Origin: Cycas panzhihuaensis
Lineage: Eukaryota; Plantae; Cycadophyta
Assembly: GCA_023213395.1 (NCBI GenBank)
Contig: CM041465.1
Span: forward strand, 136,159,741 to 136,223,740
Reading direction: 5' to 3'
DNA: 64,000 nt
The notes beneath the pieces were generated by a model. That model ran no database searches, had not been told where the DNA came from, and saw only the letters and a list, made by a program, of their open reading frames with translations. Of the stretch, positions 54,780 to 64,000 are shown piece by piece. The first letter of the stretch is position 1, and each line of letters begins with the position of its first letter. The position numbers were made by a program, and so were the translations under genes.

Positions 54780-57700
54780 GTGGAAGGATTTGAGGCAAGT
54801 GGCTCCCAGAGACCACCGAATATAGTAAATGAAGGCCAAGGGGAGCCAATGACAATCACACTTGTTCTAGAGAAGCGTTACAATTTCAATACAGAGGAAG
54901 ATATTAAAGAGGAAAGAGAAGAGAATTCTAAGGAGAATAATGAAGGAAAAGAAATAAATACCCCTGAAAAGGAATTAAGTTTGGGCTCTACTTCGAAGAA
55001 TCTAAGTGACAATGAAGAGAAGGCTGAGGAAGGTCCCTAGGCATATTGGGGGAATCATCTCATAAGATAACTATTTGAGGATCCACTAGAGGAAAGTGAG
55101 GATCAGTCATTCCTAATAAGAAACCCAGTAGCAGCAGAAATATCGGGAATATTAGGAGTCATACAATTAAAAACACCTATTTAGAACCCCCTATTTGGAA
55201 AAGGGAACAATGAAGAAGAGACACCACTAAGAGGACCTTATAAAAAAATTTTAGAAGAAAAAGAGATAACCCCACCACAAAAGGGGAAGAAAGTAAATAA
55301 CCCCACAATGGTGCATCATAAAGAATTCGGGAAACTCATCTTTGATGATTCTACAGATGCAAGTGAGCACATATACTTATTTCAAAGATTGATAAATCTT
55401 GAAAAAATTACAGATGAAACAGAAATCAAAGAAAGGTTTGCCTATTCACTAAAGTGTGTACTGCTAGCTAGCCTGGTACAACCAACTTGACCCACTTAAG
55501 TCATGGGATGATATAAAGAAGGAATTTGAGGAAAGATTCTTAAAGTATCATAATAATGACATCATAGAGTTAACCCTAAGGGACATCCAATAGAAGTTAG
55601 GGGAGTTAGTGCTAATATATATAAGTAGAATCGATATGATAGCATCTGCAGTGATGAAGGGGGAAAAGATAACAAATCTAAGCATGAGGACTTTCTTTGT
55701 AAATAGATTAAATACCAAATTGAGAAATGCGATGGCCTCACATCCATTAAAATCATACAAACATACTCAAGAATTAGTACTAGACTCTGAAGAAGAGTTG
55801 ATACTAAGAGGATAGCCTATGATCCTTTTATCATGAGGCTTCAAGAAGAAATAAACAAAGTAAAGACTCAAAATCTTAATAGATCTCTCTTTTAGATGAC
55901 AAAATCAAGTGAAAACTCATAAGTTGAAGCCTTAAGGAAAGAAGTTGCAAGGCTAAAGTTACAAGAACAAAAAGTTTAGGAGAATATAGAGGAAGAATCA
56001 ACCAAGCACTAAGGAAGGCTCATTTGAAAAATGGTGTCACATTTGTGAAGAAAGTATGCACTCCACTAGAGAATGTGAGTGTAATGCAAGGGTAAGGAAA
56101 CAAAATAATTGGTGCCATATCTGCTATCAAAATACCCACAACACCTGGGAGTGTTATTTCAACACCAGAGGAATAAATTCTAGAGGAAGAGGACGGGGAA
56201 GAAGTAACCCTACAACCAAAACAATCTATACTACTTGTTTGCAGCCAGAAAATTCAAAGAGGAAACCTCCATTGGGAAGATGTTTGGTATGTTTTGAATA
56301 TGGATATTGGAAATCGGATTGCTCAGTGGCGAAAATACAAAAAGAATGCCTGTATCTTTGTAAATACTATGGACCAAGCACAAACATAATGAAGGAATGT
56401 AAGGGCAAAGGTAAAGCTCTTAACGAGGTCACAATTATGCCTAATTTTCCCAAAAATGTGAATTTATAGAATAAAAGCAAACGATGGAGAATGATTGCCT
56501 TAATCCAAAAGTGAAGATTGATTGTTTTGTTGCTACCAAGGAAGCATTAGAGGAAGCTGCTAGGGAGGAAGCATCCAAAACCCTGCTATTAGGGAAACTT
56601 GAGATTAAACAAGTATACTGAAGGAAGAATAAAGCCATAAGGATGGAATCATCTAAGAAAACCTTGGAAAATGACCCATCTGATGTAACTCCCAAATCAT
56701 AAGAACTCTTGCAAAAACTTGTTCTAATGGAAGATTTGGTGAAACAAGTAAAACTGACCATTCCATTAAAAAAAGTGATAAAATGGATCAAGGGAGGAGC
56801 AATTCGCCTAATGGAAACCATGCGAAATCTGAACAAGATCAAACCTTCATATGACCTTGACCCTTTAGTCAATATGAGTATCCTGGGAATCACATTGCAA
56901 AACGTTATTGTCAATGGAGGGGTGGCAGTGAATGTGTTGCCCACACAAACTTGGAAAAAACTAGGAAGAGTCCCCAATTGACACTTGCGTATTACTCATT
57001 GAAGCTAGCAAATGAATTGCTAGTGAAACTTGTGGGCCGGTTGGAAAATATCCAAGTGAAAGTGGTAGGAATTGTAGTACCTATGGATTTTACTACTGTG
57101 GATACAGTAAAAAATATGGTAACATACCCAACCCTACTTGGTAGGTCGTGGTTATATCAAACAGAATGTTTGCAAAGTTGGAGGGATGTGACCTTTACCT
57201 TAATAGATGGGGGTAACAAGATAGTTCTTCCTATGTTAACAAAAGGGAAATATAGTGTGTAGGTGGTTCCAGACGATGCATCCAACATGACAATTGCCAA
57301 CGCAGAAACATCCTCAACCTTTGATGAAGCCAACCTAGATCACACAATAGAAAACAATGCAAACATGAATAACCCTTGGGAATTTGAGCCAAACTTCTAT
57401 GGAAAGTTGCCATCAGAAAGCTGATTAGATAAAGGAGGTACGATGGACGATCAATTATTGGATGAATAATTCATATGAGGCGCAACCCTCCTCATACCGT
57501 TGTAATTTGTTATCCATATGTTCTTCAATTGACAATAAAATAAACAATAAATTAAATTATATGGGTCCCACTTGTAACAATGAATCTTTAAGTAATGAAT
57601 GTCTAGTAAAAGTAGAATTTGAGATAGACAAAAAAATACATGTACAAATCTTACCTTCCAATCCCTTTCCCTATCCCAACTCCCACCCCTACCCCCTTCC

Positions 57701-60700
57701 CAACTCCATATACCTCTCATGGTCGATTTGGGAGATTTGGCCAATCTTCCTTCTGACCTCAAGAAAATTTCCACTTTTACCCCTACCTTGGGACAAACAA
57801 CCAACCCAGAAATCCCTACCCCTACCCCAACCCCCCTAAAAATATCAACTCCCCAAATTCCCTCTTAGCTAACCCACCAAGCAAAAGGGAGATAACGGAA
57901 AATCTTTAAAAGGGTTGGAACAATACTACCCCAAGGGAACTTGGAAGAATCTTATTCTCCAAACTTTATACCATGAGATAGAACAGACTTGCAAAGAAAG
58001 CCCATATTCGTAGGGGACAAGTTGAAAGGCACTGATCATCTGATTTGTTGCATGGAATGTTGGTTATAATTTAGGGTTTTCAATAAGACTCAATGGGTTC
58101 TAGACTTTGTGCTTACCTTACGAGATCAAGCCTGGTACATAGCCCACCACTACATTCTTAGAACATGGAATGATTTGCAATCAACATTTTGATTGAGATT
58201 CTATCCACCCCAAGGAATATTGATTTTAGGGCTTTTGGTAGGAGAATGTCCCAACCAACACCTTACTAGATGTAAACGAGTATGGAAACATTGGAGTATC
58301 TGCGAATCTCACAGGAGTCACTTGTTTATTCATGCATTAGGAACATTAGCAAAGGAGTGGTTCCTAAAATAGGAATAGATTAGGGCAATATCCTGGGACC
58401 ATTTAGAGCATTCATTTGTAAAGTCATTCTCTTACTCTTCAGATAATATAGTAATACACAAGGTAGTGCGAAGCATAAGGGAAATTGGTATGAAAGTAGA
58501 AAAGAATCTCATGTCAATTGAAAACACTATGGATACAAAGGACAACGAAAATGAGGAGGAGGGGAAAGAAGTTCACAACTTTCTTCCAGAATACACGGAG
58601 TTGCACTATGAACAACGGAACGTAGAAGAGATCCTTGCCTATAAGTTAAGAGAAAGTAATCAGATACAATAAAGGGAACCTAAAACAACCCAAATCGACC
58701 TCTATACTGGAACAAAATCAAGAAACATCATAATTGGAGAGTAATGGGATGGAAAGATCATGGCAGAAGCACAAGCCCTCTTTGAAGAATTTGAGAACGT
58801 GTTTGCATGGTCGTATAAAGACCTTAAGGGTATTCCTCTAGAAATAGTACACCACATTGATTTAATTGAAGGGGCAAAACTAGTAAAACAAAGGCTTTAT
58901 AGAATGAATCTCCGTTATAAAGAAAAAGTTAAGGTCGAGTTGGATAAAATGTTCGAAGCAAGTTACATCTATGAGATAGAGTACAATGATTGGGTGAGCT
59001 CGATAGTAGTGGTTCCAAAGAAAAATGGAAAAAATTGTATATGTGTAGACTACTGACAACTAAACAAAGTCACTAAGAAGGATTTGTTTCTTATCCCTTT
59101 TACAGAAAATGTGCTAGAAATAATGGGTGGAAAAGAAGTATACTCATTCATGGACGGGTTCAATGGATATAATCAAGTAAGCATTGCGTCGGAGGATCGA
59201 TCCAAAATGACCTTTGTAACAGATTGGGGAGCTTACACTTATCGAGTGATGCCTTTCGGATTGACAAATGCACTAGCAACATTTCAGAGAATAATGCTCA
59301 ATATCTTCAAGAAATTAATAGGGGAAACAATGTTGGTATTCCTTGATGCTTGGACACTGCATGGAATAATGAAAAACCATATAGAGAATCTTAGAACAAT
59401 GTTACAAACATGTCGGGAGAATAAATTGTGTTTGAATTTAAAAAAATGCACTTTCTTAGTGTCCTTTGGAAACCTTTTGGGACATGTTATTAGCAAAGTA
59501 AGATTATTAACAGGCCCGACAAAGGTAGCCACCATTTTACATTATCCCCAACCTCAAAATCATAAGCAAATCGAAGGATTCTTGGGTTTAATGGGCTACT
59601 ATTGCAAGTTTGGAAAAGGATATATGTAGGTATCCTGACCCCTAAAGTATCTATTAAAGAAGGAAGTAGATTGGGAATGGGGACCAGAGCAACAAAAGAA
59701 CATTTGAAACCTTGAAATGAGCAATAGTTCAACACCTATGCTGCACTTTTCAGATTGGAGCAAGATATTCCACGTATATGTCGATGCCTCCCAATTCGCT
59801 ATTGGATGTGTTTTGGCACAATTGGGGAAAAATAATGCAGATCAACCTATTTATTTTGCAAGTTGGAAGCTAACCCAAGTTGAATGGAACTATACAACTA
59901 CATAAAGAGAAGGATTAGGAATGGTTTATGCTCTATAAAAGTTTTGGCATTATTTCCTATCCAATCCCTTCATATTTTATGTGAACCACTAAGCGTTGAT
60001 GTATTTGGTAAATAAACCACTATTAAGGGGACGTATTAGTCGATGGTTAATGTTATTTTAAGAATTCACTTTTTGAATTGTGGTAAAACCCAGGAAAGCC
60101 AATATAATTCTAGACCAACTATCTGGAATTCACAATGGAAAAAAAATTGTAGGGGTACATCATGATTTTCCTGACACAAAATTATTTAGCATTAAAGTTG
60201 TCTCGGTAGAATGGTATCAAGACATCATTGAATTCCTAATCATAGGACAATGTCTTCAAAACTTGGACAAAACACAAAAAAGGCACTTGATATAGAAAGC
60301 AAAACCTTACCAATTGATTGGGGGAGAATTATATTGACTTGGACTTGACAGTGTCTTACGATGTTGTATTCGACCACCTGAGGTACAACAAGTGAGATCC
60401 CAAGCCCACAAAGGTATATCGGGAGGACATGCAATCACAAAGAATATTCAAAGAAAAATATTAACAACTGGATTTTGGTGGCCAACTTTATTTGAAGATG
60501 TAAAAGAATGGGTGAAGAAATGTGATCATTGTCCAAGGGTTGGGAAGCCAAAACCTAAAGATTTTAACCCTTTAAACCTAATCCTTCCCCTAGCACCATT
60601 TCAAAAATAGGGGTTAGATTTTATTGGGCCTATAAAACCAATGGCACGAATGTCACAAGCTAGATATATTTTAGTCGCTATAGATTATGCAACTAAATGG

Positions 60701-61464
60701 GTGGAAGTTCGACCATTACGTAAAGCAGATGCAACCAGCACTGCTCGATTTTTATATGAAGTCATTATAACAAAGTTTGGATGCCCCATCGAGTTAGTCA
60801 ACGACCAAGGGGCTCACTTCCTAAACGAAGTGGTAAGGGAATGCATAGAAACCTTTCTTATTTCTCATCATAAATCTACCCCTTATTACCTTTGAGAAAA
60901 TGGGTAAGCAGAAAGTTCAAATAAAATCCTAGAAAGTTGTTTAAGGAAAATATGTGACATTGGGAGATCTGACTAGGCAGAAAAGTTACCTCTGGTGCTA
61001 TGGGCATTCCGTAAAACTTTATAAACAAGCAGTAGGGCATATACCATTTAAATTAGTATACGAAACCAAAGCTATATTACCCATGGAATTCCAAATTCGA
61101 AGTTTGAGAATAGCACTGGCTTGTTGGTTAGACGATATATAATCTTTAAGAGAACAACTGTGGCAATTAATACAGCTCGACGAGGATTGACAAAAAGTGG
61201 AGTGGTTACAGGAAATAGAGAAGGCAAGGCAAAAAGCATGGCACAACTGCCACTTGAGAATACCACAGTTTAAAGAAGGGGATCAAGTTCTACTATATGA
61301 TAGCAAATTCCACACCCATCTGGGAAAATTAGAACCACGATGGTTAGGCCCATATCAAGTCGAATACATCTTATGCTAATGGATCTGTGCAATTACGGGA
61401 AATAAATGGATACATGTTGCCCGCCATAGTCAATGGTAGTAGACTCAAGCTCTATCACCATTAG
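54780..61464 (+). pseudogene. Gypsy-3 gag-pol (many stops)
   Basis: Gag (EHIYLF..KERFAYSLK; WCHIC..H.T.EC knuckles), PR (VNGGVAVNV..LLGRSWL), RT (FAWSYKDLKG, DGFNGYNQ, VMPFGL), RH (VDASQFAIG), INT (DYATKWVE, DQGAHF, WLGPY). Confidence 0.9.
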
Positions 61465-62506
61465 AATATTGTTCTAGCAAGAATCAATTGGATGTATATT
61501 ATGGATTGATTGTAGTTGCAAACAACAAAAGTTGTCGTAGTACCGGATTTAGGATTCTACACCGGTGCATAAACAACAAAAATTACAAAAAAAAAATTAG
61601 AAAAAAAATCAATCGTAACGTTGCTAGGAGTTAATGTTTTATCTAGGCATTGTAAAGGGTTATGAAATAAACCCTCAATCATGTAACTTGTGAGTATGAC
61701 GTGTCATATTTGTAAGAGTTGGTTACAAACCTAAACATAATGGTTACAAGACTCAATGTATATTTAAGAGATTATCTCCTTAATGAAAAGCAAGTCTATT
61801 CTACTCATTTGCTTCCTATCTCTCTGCATTAAGTTAACATGGTATTAGAGCAGGTCTGACTACTCATCTGGAGAAAGGGACTTGACTGATTGGTGATTGA
61901 TTTAAGGGCTTAAAGTCATCAAGAGGAAGACACAGACTAGAGGCGATCTAGTACGAAGCTACCTCATTCAATTCGCAGTGTATGTAATTGTACGGAAGTC
62001 GTACGAACCAAAAAATTCAAGGTTCTCAGAACATGATGAAAATTGGTGGAGTGATAGATCTCAGCATGCTCGTCATTCTTCTCAACTAGCCTAACATCAT
62101 TCGAGGCAATCTCGAGGCTCGTTTTGGAGAAAATCAGTCTGCGCGGGTTTGAGAGGAGCACAACAAAACTCTCTTAGAAGATCGACTCGAATCGGGTAAA
62201 ACCTATTCTAAATTCTCTGTATCATTAGTATGGAAATTTTTAATCCAATTTCGTTGGCTTTCGTGGAGTACTTTGGAGTTTATGAGCAAAAATAAAAGTA
62301 AACCCTAGTCGCACTTCCACACTTTTTGGCCAGTTTTCTCAAAATTGGAAGACTATTTCCTAAAAACTATTTCAGATCTGTATTGAGGGTGAAAAGGCCT
62401 CTCGTTTGAGGTATCTTTTGTTTGAGTACGTACACTTAGGGTTTTGTACAAGAACCCGTACAATTGTATGGTCAGCCCTATCTAGAATATTTTCTCACTG
62501 TCATTA

Positions 62507-64000
62507 ATGGCTTCTCCTATCTTCAGTCTGCCTGAGCAAGATAAACTCACTAACATTAATTATCATATCAGGAAAATAAAAGTTGAAACCCTTTTGAGAG
62601 CCAAAAATGTCTGGAATATTGCCCTTGGCACAGGAACCAAGCCATCTGATGCAAGTGCAACATTGCCTAATTGGTTAGAAAGAGATAATGTAGGATTAAT
62701 CATCCTTAAGCTCTCTGTTTTAGATTTCCTTTTGGTGTATGTGGAAAAATTGAACTCAACTTCAGCCATTTGGAAGTACTTTGAAAATCTTTTTTGGTCA
62801 AAAGAACAAAGCACGAATATTTGCCCTCGAAGAAGAATTGTATAAGTTGCGTATGAAGGAACATGAAATAGTAATTGAGTTCATACATAAAGTCACTTCA
62901 CTTAAGAATGGACTTCTAAGTGCTGGAGAAATTGTTCCCAAACCAGAATTAGTTCAAATGGTAGCAAGTAAGTTGCCAAAATCTTTTGATGTAACCATTA
63001 ATAGCATCATGAATAATAATTAGATTGATGCCATGACACCTGATGAATTGACTGGCATATTGCTAACGCTATTAGAATATAATGTTTAATGTTATATGTG
63101 CCTAAGTAAAGTGTGTCTTAGAGTCAATAGTCATAGTCCTAAGTATTAAGGTCTAAAGGTCATACCTTATAATAATATTGTGTTGAAAGTTAGAAGGTCA
63201 TTCGTTGGTAAAGTGTCATTGCTTAAATTAAAGGTAATTGTCCCACGTGTCCCATCTCTTGTATATTCTCCCACCTATGTTGTATATAAGGGTGGTTGAG
63301 GTAGTGTATGTAATCAAGTCATCGTTGGGACTCATGTTGAGTCTATGGTGCATTAGTGTTCTGATGTAATCTGCTTATGTTGAGTTAATACAAGCCTTGC
63401 TTTGTTCATTGATATTGATGTTGGAGTTGAATGTTTTCCATGTTAAAATCTCATAAAGGTAGGAACAAAGAAATAGACGATATGAAGATTCAACATAATT
63501 AGAAGACGCTTTTGCTTCCAGGCTAAATCTAGGACCTCGAGGACAAAGCTAGTCACGAGGAAGGGGACGGACTCCAGACTCTAGAAGTTATACTCATGGC
63601 CGTTATCAAGATAACTGAGGACGTGGACGAGGAAGAGACTCTAGAATATGTTTCAGCTGTTACAGACCTGGACATCTTGCCAGTGCATGCAGGGCATTTG
63701 ACGTGTGTTATCACTGTGGGCAATCGAGACACTATCCCTATCAGTGTCCTCAAAGAAGAGTAAACATTCAGAGAGGGAAGAAATCGGTAGACAACTACAA
63801 CAAAGAACAAATTGAGCAGGAAGAGGAGGAAACAACCTTTGTGCTTGCACTGTCAACATGATTGAAGGAGGTAGACACATGGTTCATCAACTCTGGAGCT
63901 TCTCAACATATGACAAATCATGAAGATTGGTTTGAAGCCTTGAAACCCTGTGACATCAATAAATCAGTTGAGTTGGGAGACAAGTATCCACTTGAAATAA
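62507..64000 (+). pseudogene. Copia-3 gag-protease (disrupted, interrupted by a solo LTR)
   Basis: ORFs 62507-62845 and 62781-63023; after the insertion, two CCHC knuckles and the protease motif. Confidence 0.85.
63070..63455. repeat. Solo LTR inserted in Copia-3 gag
   Basis: TATTAGA..TCTCATA inverted termini (decayed TG..CA). Flanks AACGC/AAGGT. Excision restores the frame ..GILLT-QEQRNRR. Internal TATATAAG. Confidence 0.65.

Larger units (their letters stand above)
48200..61618 (+). mobile_element. Decayed non-chromovirus Ty3/Gypsy (Gypsy-3), related to Gypsy-2; ends not resolved
   Basis: Gag, PR, RT, RH and INT at 54780-61464, similar to Gypsy-2; interrupted by Copia-2; no paired LTR seen. 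Confidence 0.75.
61619..64000 (+). mobile_element. Ty1/Copia element (Copia-3), 5' part; runs off the window
   Basis: LTR ends AAGTTAACA at 61839 (start ~61619-61651 uncertain). PBS TGGTATTAGAGC at 61840-61851. Gag from 62507 (DKLTNINY..K.ETLL.AK.VW). PR (WFINSGASQHM) at ~63880. Confidence 0.88.

Overview
Land-plant nuclear DNA, probably from a large-genome, long-intron lineage such as a lycophyte, fern or gymnosperm (inference). It holds one host gene: the 5' part of 20S proteasome subunit alpha-6/alpha1 (PAA1/PSMA6 orthologue), + strand, coding exons 19382-19457, 19836-19930, 20072-20153 and 20731-20827. Exon 5 is not visible, so intron 4 appears to exceed 43 kb and is a nested transposon stack. 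An ancient ~2.5-kb tandem relic contains a short TG-terminated element, which contains an L1 LINE (16-bp TSD), which contains a Ty1/Copia, which contains a non-chromovirus Ty3/Gypsy. Further right lie another Gypsy with a young Copia inside it, and a third Copia interrupted by a solo LTR. Upstream of the gene are a non-autonomous LTR element (TSD CTCTA), an 88-bp tandem array, a 3-kb TA/CA microsatellite and a decayed chromovirus (TSD TTTAA). The most notable points are: (i) a Gypsy that looks like a recombination chimera and deleted most of L1 ORF2; (ii) extra Gag-capsid-like modules between protease and RT in the second intronic Gypsy; (iii) an extra sense ORF after pol; and (iv) a foreign LTR-like motif in a Copia 3' UTR. 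There are no rRNA, tRNA or CRISPR features. Identities quoted are by-eye estimates.
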